Positions 27,703-41,754 of a DNA stretch of 64,000 bases are shown in pieces. Every line of letters begins with the position of its first letter. Within the stretch, counting starts at the first letter, position 1. The notes beneath the pieces were generated by a model, which saw only the letters and a program-made list of their open reading frames with translations, was not told the DNA's origin and did not search any database. The stretch is from Chiloscyllium plagiosum. Taxonomy: Eukaryota. A program made the position numbers and the translations under genes. The stretch covers positions 22,165,850 through 22,229,849 of the forward strand of contig NC_057746.1 of assembly GCF_004010195.1 (NCBI RefSeq), written 5' to 3'.

Positions 27703-28036
27703 AGGCAACCCAGTAGCTCAGCGATTAGCACTGTTCCCTTACAGCAGGAGGGACCCAAGTTTGATTCCACGCTCGGGCAACTGCTTGTGTTGAGTTTGCA
27801 CATGCTCTGCGTATCTGCGAAGGTTTCCCCTGATTTGTCCTGTTTCCGTCCACAGTCCATAGACGTGCACATTAAGTGGACTGGCCATGCTTATTTCCAC
27901 ATAGGTCCAAAGACGTGCAGGATGTGGTGGATTACCATGGAAAATGTAGTTTTAAAACGTGGGGAGGGGCTAGGATGCACTTTGGCGGATCAATGTGAAT
28001 CGATGGGCTAACTTGCTTGTTTCCACAGCAGATATT
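27703..28036 (+). mobile_element. HE1/V-SINE, decayed
   Basis: tRNA-like head (gtagctcag..gtttgattcc), V-domain (gagtttgcacatgctc..ctggccatgct) and CR1-derived tail. Confidence 0.8.
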
Positions 28037-31000
28037 CTATTTTTTCTTTATTGTATATCATTGGTCAAGCACTGACAATTCTAAAAGAATATTACATCCT
28101 TGTATAATTTTGCAATCCTTCTTAGTAGGCATCCTTTTTTGCACTGATGTCAACCTGCACACTTCAATTTTATCTTCAAAATTATACATAAACTTCTATC
28201 ATTATTTGCTATTGTTTTCAGTATTTCTTTTTTGTCATCGTGCAAACAGCAGTTGATTTCACTATTCTTCCTCCATTGCACATTTGGCTTCTGACCTTAT
28301 TTATTATGCTCTTATGATAATTTCTTCATCTGGCAGTTCTCTGAACTTAAATGGAAATTAAAACATTTACTTTCTCAGTTTTTTTGTACAAATTGATCAG
28401 TTAAATGAGTTTCGCAGTAAAACCAAAATATTTAAAGTTAGCAAACGTCTGCATTTTAACTTATCAAGAATACACAACTAACCATGAAAATGCCCATTTC
28501 TAGTAGAAAGTCCATTTAAAGACTCAGAACTATATATCACGCATTCTATATTATCAAAACGGTTTGGTTAGGCTCTTACAACGAGTGGCAATGTTTCAAT
28601 GCTCACAAGCATCCGGAGTTTACAAGTATTTGTCATTAGTTTTTCACAATGATTCTTTTTTTATGCTTCAAGATTATAGATGGTAACATTCAGGGTCAAC
28701 TCAAATCCGTACTAACGATGTTGTTATTGTTGAACTACTGGTAGAGATACATATTTTCATTTTTTGTTTCCTTTGAAAATGTAGTTCTGTACAATTTTAT
28801 CCGCATATTAATTGTTGTTCTGGAATTAAAGTAACTTTATTACATTTGTTTTACGATTAGCCTGCATCTGTAACAAGGCGTGCACTTATTTTCAAACTTT
28901 AGTTTCCTGTGAATAGTCAGTGCTGATCAGTTTTTTTCAAACAACATTGACTGAAGATAGTTCCAAATGCATTCAGGAAGAAACGGGGACAACTTTGACT
29001 CTAGATATCAATTGTCATTAAAGAATTCACTTGGTCAAACCAGATTAAACTCATGGCATTTTATTTTCTAAGGTGAACTTAGTGAAGACACGCTGAAATT
29101 ATAACAATAAGTAACTTGTTAGTAACATTAATTGCCTCTGGTTTTATTGCTTGCATGATCATCTGTGAATTTCCAGTGAAATCGGAAATCAAAACCGTCA
29201 TAGCCTGCTGTCTCAATATAGAGATAGGGGAAGAGATTTAATGATTTGTTGGGCCTGAGTAACACTACGCCCTAGGTCAAGGGAGAGATTTTCGTATAAT
29301 GGCAATTCAAGGCAAGCTAGCCCATTACTCGACATCACAAATCAGCCTTCCAGCCTATTGATATACCTGATCTGTGGGATATTAGAGAATGTGCATAATG
29401 ACTACACTACCGTTCTCCCATTTTAATCAGTTGCCTGCGTGATTCATAAAGTCCACTATTGAACTGTTGTAAAAACACTGGGTTCATTAACTTCACAAGT
29501 TAATGTCATGAGCTTGCAGCTCATTCAGAGTCCATTTCAAATGCTAATTATTCTTATCAAGTGCCGCTTAATTCAGACCCTATTAAATTCTAAAAGAGCG
29601 AGAAAGATGTAAAAACTATATTGTTACAAAGTTGTAATTGCAAAATGGCTTTTAATATGATTCATATTAACCGTCATGTCACTGCTGCCCATGAATAAAA
29701 TGTTGAATCACAAATTAAATGTGCAAATAGCCAGTTACGAACAATAATTTAACAGACTAATTTTCTATGAATTTACACCTTCTGGTTTGCTTTTGAAAAT
29801 TGCATTAAGTCTAATTCTCCCTGTTAAATTAGTTAATGATTTGACCGGAAGGCTTACACAGCAATAGTTGCATTAGCTAATGTTTAGCGTGTTGAAAGAT
29901 GAAGTCAAAATTACAAAAGTGCATGGTAGTAGATTTGGGGCAATGACTTTTATAAGGACAAGAGTAATGTGAGCATTGATTTTGCTCGTGTAGAAATCCT
30001 TTAACTTTAATATTCGGGCCATGCTATATAATATAATGGTTCCACTCATGTTTAGATTTGATGTCACTCAGACTATTCTGTCCTCAGCTGAGACACTATT
30101 CTGGTTTAGCATGAGATGTGCAAAGGTAATTATCACCGCCAAAGAAGAAAGCTACTATGAAGTTAGATTGTTTATTTTCTGTTTCTTCTGTATATAGAAT
30201 GCAAAAATGAACTAATCCTACTCAGCAAATTTTCATTCTTAAATTTGGGTATGTCGTTGTTTTTTCACTGCATATCGGCAATAGAAGTAAAGGGTGCGTG
30301 TTGGCATGGTGTGGATGCTTTAGCAAGTGAGGTTTTGGGACCTGAAAGCGGAGTTGCATTATTTCCCAAGGTGTTTACAGCCTGAAACCCCCAGTATAAC
30401 AATAAAAGTGAAGGGATCCCATTTAATGCTCAAATTAGTTAATTGTGGGTATGTTAACTAGAAACAACTGGCTAATAGTTTTTTAATTAGATATTCAACC
30501 TGTCAGGAATCAAACTTCTGATGTTCCTGAAGTGATGAGTGAGTGTTCTATTGTGCTAACCGGTAATTAACTTCAAACGATTTGGTAAATAACTTATAGA
30601 TAATATGGACTATTCGTCATAAAGACAACTACGAATAGAATTATGATGCTCACTTTTAATCGTCTGGATGTGATTTGGATGTAGAAAAAGAAGTTTGGTA
30701 GGATCATTCCAGTATACCCTTGAGTTCCAAACAGCAAAATGTAGTGTCTCTTCCCGAAAAGGCAAGGAACCAATGTCGGTACCAATGTGATGTTTTAATT
30801 ATGTTATTGGACACTTGGAAAATAATTCATTTACGCAACTGCAACTTTGTCACTATGTGCTCCTAACTGATAAACAGTTAAAAAAAAAATCAATGTTTTG
30901 TTGACCACAGTCATAATTTCTTCATGGTTAGTTTTATAAAACTTCTACTTGTCCATGAATAGTTATCAAAGTAAAATCTATCATCACAGAAAAGTAATAG

Positions 31001-32513
31001 CATAAGAACCATCCATGAACTCAGCCATTGCACTTCTCACAGAACAACAATAAATTATCAGATCACCACAATTGTACATAACATAATTTTCAAATAATCA
31101 TCCCAGTGCAAGGAACATTGTTTCAACAGTGACATATAGAAATTCGGACCAAAAGCCACTGACAGTGAATTCTCCCCAGCAAGACGAATCAATGAGTGTT
31201 CTATCACTTGGTTCTTCTCTAGTGTTACTATCGGTAAAACAAGTTATAAAATATTTACATTTGAGGAAAACACGTTTATAGCATTAATTTGCATATATTT
31301 ATAACTCTTTTGTATAATCATTAATTTTCATATTTGAAAACTTTCAAAACTGACGGATCTAATCACATTACTCAAAACTGCGTGACAGTTTAACTTTCAC
31401 TTGGATAGAGGATCGAAATAAGCAGTTCTCAGATATCATTGCTGTTTCCCCCTGTAATATTTTTTTGTAAGATTCTAAGAGACTATCGATACAATTGCCC
31501 AAAATTTGCTTAATAATTTTAAAATCTACTCACCGTGGATGCAAAGATTTCTGTGCTTTACTGCAATCACACAGATTGCAAAGACGAAACAAATTACTTC
31601 TTAACTTGAATTTATATTGCTGATAATGCAAATCGGCTCAAGCCTTTGGAAGGCAGAACATTGGACAATTTATGTCTTATTTTAGGGCGTGGATTGTATT
31701 TATAGCACAAGATAAGCCAATTTGGCTCATTGCTTACCCGTTGGATACTATACGGAGAAAGATGAACAAAGGGAGCTGTGATTGCAAACAGACAAATTAA
31801 ATTGTTATCAATCATCAAGTTCAGTAAAACAAAAGGCAAGAAAAGCAGTGGGGTGTATTTCGTGGTAGACAGCATTACAAAGTAGGCAAGTGGTGGTAAA
31901 TTTGCATCAAATCATGTTTATGACAAAATTGCATGCTTTTCTTTTCATCTTACTGAAAGAAAAGAACAAAATCATAGCCGTTATGTTGAAGTTTTACAAA
32001 GGACATGCTAAAAATGAGATGGTATTTATCTCAGGAAAAGATTCAAAGTCTGTGTCACAATGCCAAGACAAAATTAATCAGCTAAGATATGACCTAATTG
32101 AGGTTGTCAACATTATGAAATGTTTTAACAGTGTAAATACAAAGAGTGTTAATTCGATCTACCATTGTTTTCTTTTTCCGTTCAATGTAATAAAGCACAC
32201 AAAATGATCTCAAAATCCTGAAAGGTTTCATAGAATCATAAAATAACAAAATCCTCCAAAAGATTTTAACCGATCTCAAGCAAATTGGAAAACACACAAT
32301 GAACTTTAAAAATGAAGTCTTCTCAACGTGCATTTTAGTTTATATGAGACTGCTGCAGAGATAAAGATTCATTTTTATTTTGACGGCAGGTGGATTCATT
32401 ATTTCTTTTATATTGAAAGCTGCAAGTTTAATGGTCACTTTGAGTACAAGTTTTACGACTTTGACGAGATAAGTTGGATCTTTCTTAAGTTTACATATAG
32501 AGAGGAATATATT

Positions 32514-32820
32514 GGGCACAGTGCTTAACACTGCTGCCTCACAGCACCAGAGGCCTAGGTTCAATTCCCGCCACAGGCAACTGTCTGTGTGGAGTTTACA
32601 CATTCTCCCAGTGTCTGTGTGGGTTTCCTCTGGGTGCTCCGGTTTCTTCCCACTGTCAAAAAGTGTGCACGTTAGGTCAATTGGCCATGCTAAATTGACC
32701 GTAGTGTTAGGTGAAGGGGTAAATGTAGGGGTATGGGTGGGTTGCGTTTCGGCGGGTCTGTGCGGACTTGTTGGGCCGAAGGGCCTGTTTCCACACTGTA
32801 AGTAATGTAATCTAATCTAA
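32514..32820 (+). mobile_element. HE1/V-SINE
   Basis: B-box ggttcaattcc, V-domain gtgtggagtttacacattctccc..gggtgctccggtttc, tail gggcctgtttccacactgta(atcta)n. Confidence 0.9.
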
Positions 32821-33527
32821 ACATGACTGTGCACTACTTCACATTTGCAAACCAGGGAAATTCAGTGTCGATTTCTGTAAAGTTAAAAAGGATTGTTTCA
32901 AGACAAAAGATCAGGCAGGCAGTACGATATTTGAGGGAAAATACACAACATGAAAGCTCAATAACTGAAAACAGTGTGTAGCACGAAATGTAAGTACATT
33001 TATTTTGTAAAGTGGCATGACAATTTCCTTAGAGCTATGTGATCTACATTCATTATAATTCAAAGGGTTCTATCTCAATAAACCCACATTTGCTTAACAT
33101 TTGCATTGCTTAATGCCAATGCTTCCATTTATATTTTTGATGCTTACAAATATGCTGACCTTAGTCAGTGTATCTCAGTGTCTCCCCATTTCTGACTTTA
33201 ATCATTATAAGATACATGTATTTTTCACTGACCTTAAATAAACATGTGATTATTCTCGGGTCTAATTTTCCAAGAGAGTGGAAAGTTTCATAAAATTAGC
33301 TATGTCTATGTTTCAAGATGGCTTCGTGTAGCAACAAAATATATCATGCTTTCCCTGAATGACCTTGTTGAATAAGGAAACAACATGATGTTATAAATAA
33401 GTTAAACTGGTTCCATAAATATTAGACAACTACAAATTAAGAGGGATTAATTCAAATTATAAACATATTAAATTATGTTATTTGAAAGTAAAGGCATGAC
33501 ATTTTATAAGTAGTTTGTAAAATAGAA

Positions 33528-33846
33528 TTTGCAGAATCCTTATAACGTGCAAGCACGCCATTTCGCCCATTTTTCTCCATCCCCATCCTGGAAAGAGCAT
33601 TTCACGCACGCCCACCACTTCATCCTACACTACATTTATTATGGCTAATGTATCTCGTCTACACCTCACTAGATACTACGGGCAGATTAGCTTGGCAAAT
33701 TCACCTAACCTACACATCTTTAGACTGTGGGAAGAAACGCAGATACGGGGAGAATGTGCAAACACCTCACAGACAGCTGCCTGAAGCTGGTATTAAACTC
33801 GAGTCCCTGATACTGTGAAGCGATAGTGTTAACCATGCTACCTCCG
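33528..33846 (-). mobile_element. HE1/V-SINE, decayed
   Basis: Reverse complement of the same family (ggagaatgtgcaaacacctcacagacag). Confidence 0.8.
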
Positions 33847-34114
33847 ATTCGTTTTTCTAACCTAAGAAGGTTGTGTAAAAGGTGTATTATATGATCTTAT
33901 CCACTTAGCAAAATCTGGCAAAACCTGAGCTACACGGAAAGACGGAAAAGCAAAGCAAGTATTGAATGATATAGAAGAGGGAAGAAAAGAGATAACTAAT
34001 TGTAATTCAAATTTTCATTTGAGTTACAGAAATGATGAACAACCGTGAAAAGTAGCATCCAATACTAATTTCATCGTATACACATTTGTCAAGTTTGAAG
34101 TTTAGATTAATTAG

Positions 34115-34475
34115 GCGGTAATGGTGACTCAGTAGTCACGCAACTGTACGAGCAAGCTCGATGCCTGAATTAATGCGCTGAAGTCTTGGGAGCACTCTTA
34201 TCGTAGTAATTGGTGGAATTTAAATTAAATTAATAAATCTGGAAGTGAAAACTTTTCTCCACAATACAGTGATTAAACTACAATTGCTTGTTGAAAAAAC
34301 CTTGCCTCTTTCACTTAATGCCTTTTAAGGAAGGACATCTGCTATCCCTATCAGTTCTGACCAACATGACCCACAGAATTCTGTTTGAAAGTTAAATATT
34401 AGTTTAATCGGCTAATTCAGTTAATCAGGTAAAGGAAAAGTAGGACAACACTGAATTTTGGAGTTTTCAGCGATC
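34115..34475 (+). mobile_element. Ancient Deu-domain SINE (SacSINE1/AmnSINE-like), decayed
   Basis: ggtggaatttaaatt..aataaatctgga..ttcacttaatgccttttaaggaaggacatctgct resembles the Deu core as recalled; not aligned to a database. Confidence 0.5.
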
Positions 34476-35194
34476 ATTATATCACAACAAATAATACTGT
34501 AAAATAATTATAATTTAGATCTATAACATAATGAAGTTTCATCTCAGGAAAGCAACAGAAAATTATCTAGAAAATTAGAAAATAAGGTAAGCTGGCCAGC
34601 ACCCTTCCAACGGGTAAATTCAGTATCGACCCAGCTAATTTTGATCAACATGCAGCAAAGCTGAATCAGTGCTCACATAAATCAATGCAATGACTCCGAT
34701 TTATCTTTAATAGCACTGATACTGACGTCTGAGGGCAGAAAATCCCATTATTATACACGTTTGGAGCAGATAAACTTGAAACTGTGCCTCCTGTCTCAGA
34801 AGATTGGGAAAGTACCATTATGTCACAAAAGACGAAAGTATTTTATCGCCAAGCTGATCAGGGATGTTATTATACGTTTCTGGAGTGGAATGTGAACGTC
34901 ACTAGCTAGGCTAGAAATTATTACCAATCCCTAACTGCCCAGAGGTTGTAAAGTGTCAACGACATTGCTGTGGTTCTGCACTCACATGGAGGTTAGAGTA
35001 GATTAATAGAGTAGGCATTATTTACGAAACTACTTTAAGGAACAAGAAGGGGTCCAGGCAGCCAACTGTGTCTGTTTGCTCATTACATTAATCAAACATT
35101 TCATTCCATATTCATGCTGAAATCAAATGTTACCATTTGTGTTGGTTGTTTTAAACTCACGTCTCAAGAACATCAGCATGACGTACCAATATAT

Positions 35195-37451
35195 TAGTGA
35201 GTTTTGAGAAGATTTGTAGCTCAGGTTGAGGTTCTGGATAGAGGTTTGCTCGATGAGCTGGAAGGATTGTTTTCAGACTTTTCGTCACCATACTAGGTAA
35301 CATCATCAGTGAGTCTCCGGATGAAACGCTGGTGGTATAGCCCGCTTCCTACTCATGTGTTTGGGTTTCCTTTGGTCGGTAATGTCATTTCCTGTGGTGA
35401 CATCATTTCCTCTGGGGATGTTATTTCCTGTTCTTTCTCTCAGGGCTTGATAAATGGGATCCAAGTCAATGTGTTTGTTGATATGCTTGTTGGAATGCCA
35501 TGATTCTAAGAGTTCTCGTGCATCTCTGTTTGGCTTGTTGGAGGATGGATGTGTTGTTTCAGTCGAAGTGGTTCCTTCCTCATCTATATGAAAGGATACT
35601 AATGAGAATGGATAATGTCTTTTTGTGGCAGGTTGATGTTCAAGTATCCTGGTGACTAGTTTTCTGCCTGTTTGTCCAATGTAGTGTGTGTTACATTACT
35701 TGCAAGGTATTTTGTAAAAGATGTTCGTTTTGCTTGTTGCCTGTATAAAGTCTTTCAAGTTCATTAACTGCTGTTGTACTCTGTTGTTGGGTTTGTGGGC
35801 TACCATGATGCCAAGGGGTCTGAATAGTCTAGCATTCATTTCCGAGACGTCCTTGATGTAGGGGACAGTGGCTAGGGTTTCTGGATGTGTTTTGTCTGTT
35901 TGTTTGAGTTTGTTGCTGAGAAATCAGCGGATTGTGTGCATTGGTACCCGTTCTTTTTGAATACACTGTTTTCCTCTGCTCTTCGAAGTCCCACTGTGCT
36001 GCAGTGTGAACTAATGTTCTAATGCAACTTCGTTTGTGGATGTTGGGGTGATTGCTTCTTTAGTTCAATATTTGTTCTATATGTGTTGTTTTCCTGCAGA
36101 AGCTAGTTTGAAGTTCCCCATTGGCAGTTGGTACTACTGCAGACATCTCAAAATGGCAGTTTGTTATTGTTTTCCTTCTCTTTAGTGATTTTTTAGCCAC
36201 TGAGGGTATTACTGATGGTCTTGAACGTTTTCTCCAATTTGTTTCGTTTGGTGATGACAACGCTGTCATCCACATAGCGTAACCAAAGTTTGGGATGGAT
36301 GGTTGGCAGACCTTTTTGTCCGAGTCTCTGCATTACTGCCTCTGCTACGAACCCTGACATCGGAGATCCCATGGGTATTCTGTTGGTTTGTAGTTCACTA
36401 TGTGGATGACACTTTTTATCATCACTAAACCAAACAAATTAGAGGAAAGGTTCAAGACAATCACTAATACCCTTACTGGCATAAAGTTCACTAAAGAAGA
36501 AAACAACAACAAGCTGTCATTACTAGATATCGTAGTAGAGCGAACAGCCAGGGAGGAATTTCAAACCAGTGTCTACAGAAAAACAACACATACAGGCCAA
36601 ATATTTAACTACAGAAGCAATCACTCCAATATCCACAAACGAAGCTGAATTATTTCAACGAGCCACCAAACACGGCAGCACAGAGGACTATGAAGAGCAG
36701 AGAAAATTCACCTATACATTGTATTCAAAAAGAACGAGTGCCAAATGAACACAGTCCACCTATTTCTCAGCAACAAACCCACATAAGCAGACAAAGCACA
36801 TCCATAAACCTTAGTCGCTCTCTCCTATATCAAGGACATCTCGGAAATGACTGTCAGACTACTCAGAACTCTTGGCATCATGGTAGCCCACAGACCCAAC
36901 AACACTCAAAAAAGCAACTAATAAACTTGAAAGACCCGATACAGACAGCAAGAAAAGCGAATATCATTTGCAAAATATCTAGCAACAATTGTAACAAACA
37001 CTGCATTGGGCAAACAGGCAGAAAACTAGCCATCGGAATACATGAACATCAACTAACCACAAAAAGACATCACCCGCTCTCACCAGTATCCTTACATACT
37101 GATGAGGAAGGAACCACGTTGACTAGGACAGCACATCCATCCTACAACAAACCAAACAGACATCACACGAGAATTCCTGGAATCATGGCATTCCAACCGG
37201 AACTCTACTAGCAAATACATTGAATTGCATCCCATTTAGCATTCCTTGAGTAAAAGAACGGGAAATTACATCACCAGAGAAAATGATGTCACCACAGAAA
37301 ATGACATCACCAACCCAAGGAAACCCAAACATTTAAACAGAAAGCAGGCTATACCACCAGTGCTTCATCTGGAGGCTCACTGAAGATGTTACCTAGTATC
37401 GTGATGAAACCTCTTAAAACGAACCTTCCAGCTCATTGAGCAAATCTACAT
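35195..37451. mobile_element. Penelope-like element, two inverted 3' arms (35195-36396 on -, 36397-37451 on +)
   Basis: RT motifs PMGSPMSG and RYVDD..IKFTKE..LLDI..VYRKTTHT; GIY-YIG NIICKI..C..HCIGQTGRKL..IHEH; hammerhead motifs at 35272-35313 (-) and 37376-37416 (+). Confidence 0.92.
35272..35313 (-). ncRNA. Minimal hammerhead ribozyme in a pLTR
   Basis: - strand UCA CUGAUGA U GUUACC uaguau GGUGAC GAAA AGUC UGA. Confidence 0.65.
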
Positions 37452-39787
37452 GCATTATAAAGTCACAGTTATTAATATGTGATGGAAAGAACGTTTACCA
37501 TTGGAGTAGAGCGTATTGTTTTATCATTAAATTTGCACTTCTGTAACATAATGAGGAATTCAGAGGGTTATGCGACTTTCAAACTCTGATTCAGAAGGCA
37601 GTAGAGTCAAGTTCGTTAAATACTTTTAAGAACGAGAAGAACGGTGTCTTGTTAGTTAGATGATCAAAAATTACGAGGCATTAATATAATTGTTAAAATT
37701 GATTCACTAACAGATCATCCATTGTCTAACTGCATGCTGGAGCAACCTCGATGAGCCAGCTGACTTAGCTTTACTCTAATTCATGCGTTTATTTATACCT
37801 AGATTTGTATGCCTCCTTTGGTGCATATAGCTAATTGAGCAGGCAAATAAAAGTTCAAGTTAATGGACTTATGTAACTGAAGCTACGAAGGTGTTATCAT
37901 CGATCAATAGCGTATTCACTGATAACCACCTAAATAAGAATGTTGATTTCCATAATTCTAATAAGAGTGGTCGGATGAACTGTTCTTTTAGAAGAGCTGT
38001 ACCAAGTACAGTAAATGTGAAACGTTTAAAATCAATTAAATATCCACGTGTGCGTTTTTAATGTACATTGCAATGGCATGTGCATTCTTGAATAATCGTC
38101 ACCATATGAACCTATTCCTACACAGCCTTTATTAAAAGCTTAATTTCATGCTTCTTCGTCCTCCATGCAAATCCATGTAATCATAACGATGACAGAGCCT
38201 TAAAATGTGAAGGTGACAACCGGGCTGTAAACCTTCATAAACCCAAGACTGTAGTGTGTAGTATGTAACATAAAAATCGCTAAAGGCAAAAGAGACATGA
38301 AGTTGGGCATTTTCATTTAACATTCATCAGCACTAAACTGCATGAAAAGAAATAAATTTAGAAAAGAAATGAAAGTATAAGTGATTAATTGAACTAGGGC
38401 ATCGAAATGCAATAGGAACTGTAAACTGTCAATCTGAGCAAATTCACTGAAATCAAATTCGGCAAGTTGAATCTGAGTTTGTAGGATGTTTCTCATGTAA
38501 TATAATGTAACCTGGATTAGGAGTCTCCATTGCCCTTTTTTAAAATAAGTGCAATGTGATTAATGGCTTTTTTTCTCACAAAGAAAAGAATTCTGTTTGA
38601 ATAAATGTACTTTATTGCACGGCCAAATAATCTGATTGGAAGCACGACTGAAGATTTCATATTGGTTTATAGTGTAATTCTTAGATCAGTCAAACATTTA
38701 ATACATGTTGGCCAAAAATGCAGTTACATCTGATGTTAGACGATATTTATTAAGCTTCACAAGCAGTAGTTGAGCACAGTCGGTGTTTTGCCCATTATGG
38801 GCTCTCAGAAATACTTGTTGTTTCACACCATTCACTGATCGTTGGATCATTTGGTCTCTATGTTTGGCGCCATATAAGTACTGAAATGCTCTAGCAAATT
38901 ATTCATACTATTCAAGCAATCCTGATCAAGTTCTCATTAATTTTCAGCATTACAGAAGGGCACGGAATCAACAGTGAGGCCGGTAGAGAAGTGTGAAATG
39001 TATTCTTCCCCATACATTCTTTATTAGTACAGTCATAAAGGTTTTAAGAAGGTGAACCAACAAACGTATTTCTTACAGTTGTAGGAAAAACACTTTTTTT
39101 AACGATACATCTGAGAGTTATACTAATCTCGGAATATTATTGTGCCATGCAAGTCACAACCAAAACGACCAATTCACTGACTTTTATTCGGTTCGATTGT
39201 TTCAGTCCATGACCATTACAATGTTGCAGCAATGCACCTTCTTTCCAGAGCACAAGCTATCACTATATGTCATTGCCACATAATGTTTCGAACAAATGAG
39301 GCTTGAGTTCTTAACAATTGCTGAGTTCTTTGACTACTTTTGGATCATGATTTATTCAAGAAATAAGATAGCATTGCAACACACATTGATTTTTTTTCTA
39401 TTTTGCATTGTAGATTGTGGAAGATATTCAAGAGGTGAGTTACTCATGACAGTCCTCCAACTATTTTAACTGCTGTTCCATCCATAGTACTTCTATGGCA
39501 CATCTAGTTCAATTTCTATTCAATGCTAATGTTATAATCTAAACAATTTACAAATTGGGCATGTGCTTAACGAGAGAAAAAGCCATTGAGTAACAAGGGA
39601 GGTAGTTTGTTGTGGTTGTTCTTTTCCTTGGAAATGTTCACTGCTTGTCACTTGAATGACGAATATTCCCTGTCAGTCTCAACCTCTGCTGTCCTAAGTC
39701 TTGTGTTGAATGGACTTTGAGTGCTTCTTTTCCACAAACATGACTTAAATAATGTAGAGTATTTTGTTTACGAGGACAGGTTATTTT

Positions 39788-40205
39788 AAAGTAGCAGAAT
39801 ATGATTTTCTACAATACTGATTTGAGAAATGTCATGTGACATTTCTCAAATTGCCAATGGGATTTAGCAATTCACATTGGTTGTCTCTCTTGACACGCCC
39901 AAGTGTTCACATGTCATGTGCATCTAGTTTTGTGCGTGCACACGTTTAAAAAGAAACAGCGCTGTTCAAGTAAGCACAATAAACATGAACGAACTCAAGA
40001 ATAACATCACTAACAGTTCGAGAGATGGTACTATTATTGAGTATTTCATACATGTGAACTAAAAGCGTGTTCAGGGTATCAGGAACTATTCTTTTTCAGA
40101 AACATAACAACGTTTTTCTTAATACGCATAGCTTATTTAGAAAGTAGCAGAATGTGATTTCCTACAATTCTGATTTGAGGAACTCATACAGAAATGTCAT
40201 GTGAC
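39788..40205 (+). repeat. Dispersed direct repeat (39788-39840 / 40141-40205) flanking 300 bp
   Basis: aaagtagcagaat.tgattt.ctacaat.ctgatttga[12-bp indel]gaaatgtcatgtgac occurs twice. Confidence 0.85.
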
Positions 40206-41202
40206 TGCAAAGACTGGATGCAAAGAATCAGAGTATGAGCTTTATTGTGTCTAGGTTTATACAGTCTTCACTGGAGAGGTTGCACCTTGATTCCTGTTGA
40301 ATCTATTTTTTTTAGGCGTCCAGACCAATAATTAAGTCAAGTTCTGTTTGGCTCTGGTAAAAACGAAACTGAGCATCAGTGATAAAACTTTTTCTGTCCT
40401 CGAAAGGTTTCATAAAAGAATTAATCAGCATCTTCAAGCACTTTGCTGAGTATTGTGATTAAATAGTGTGATAACTGATCACATAAGATTTTCCCTGCGT
40501 TTTGTGAACATGACACACTCAGCCAATTTTATTCCTACATTGTTGGGTTGCTGCCAATTTTAAAGGCCCGTTTTATGTATTTACGAGCTACATTTTTCGT
40601 TCAGGATCAGACAGTTTAAGCACTTTGGCATTATTCTGTCTCTGTCAATAGACCTTTTTAGTATCCAATGGTTGTAATCGATACTTGATAACATTTGCAA
40701 CACAAATTTGTTGAAGACTGTAATCTCCGATATTGGGAAATGAAACAGGAGGCAGAAATGATCATGTACTTCGCAATTCTTCTGATCATTATAGCAAATA
40801 ATTAATCCCTTTCTTTGCACTGATGCACTTAGCTACCTCATCATTAATATAGGCAATATTTGTGGAACCTCTTCCTTTTGCAGTTTTTTTCTATATTTTC
40901 CTCATCATTGAAAACTGCTTGTTGAAGTATTTCAGATCTTTAGTCAGGCAGTTCGGTTGTAGGACAACGTTTGTTACCCAAAGCAGACTGATTTCATTCT
41001 TTGCCATCTATTGTAGATTCATAATTACGTTGAGAATCCAAAGTTAGGCAAGCATATAATTGGCTCCCATATATTCTGTTGCACTCTTCTTTCAACTGGG
41101 ATAGATACCTTGGATTGGTGGGAACAAGAAATTCTGGGATTTTTTCAAGCTATTCAATTCCAAATCATGCTTGCATAAACAAGATTATGGTTGATGGCAC
41201 AC

Positions 41203-41754
41203 AACAATGAAATGAGACATTACTTAAGCAGTTTCCCGACTGAAGGAATACATTACCTGGATGATCTGCTTACTGGTTTTCCGACGTCACAATAATGTCA
41301 ACACTCCTGAAGACGCTATGGCATTTCCTGTCTCCTCAGGTACTCAATCCCCGCAAAGCCCAGGCAGACGAGGTGGCACCAAGGCACCTGTCAAGAATAT
41401 ACACTGACTTTAAGGATTTACTGAAGCCAGGGTGCTTGCCATTAATACCCGTTTCTGCAGATTAGCTAAACCTCCTGTTACAATTATTAACTGATAGATA
41501 CAAGCAATTGTTTTCTATTAATTGCAATCAAAATAACATTATCTTGTAATTAACATTGCACTGCTCTAACTCTTTAAAACTGACTATACCTACTGCTCCG
41601 GGAGGAGAATCCTTGACTTAACTGTCCAAAGTGTCCATTTTGCATCAGTCTCGTCAATTTCTCTTCCTGTCATATGGTGAGAACTAAATCAGTGTTCATC
41701 AATTTCACAAAATTCGTCAGCGGCCTCTATTTGTAATTGGACAATTCTCCAACA
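41203..41754 (+). repeat. ERV 5' LTR, 5'-truncated
   Basis: Colinear with 48972-49589 and ends ...aattctccaaCA; followed by a weak tRNA-Ser-like PBS (ttgtgtagctggcggg, 11/18 match to TGGCGTAGTCGGCAGGAT). Confidence 0.9.

Noticed and set aside
32514-32600. tRNA-like A/B boxes here and at 27703, 33780 and 42600
   Set aside because: These are SINE heads that continue into V-domain and LINE-derived tails; there is no full cloverleaf
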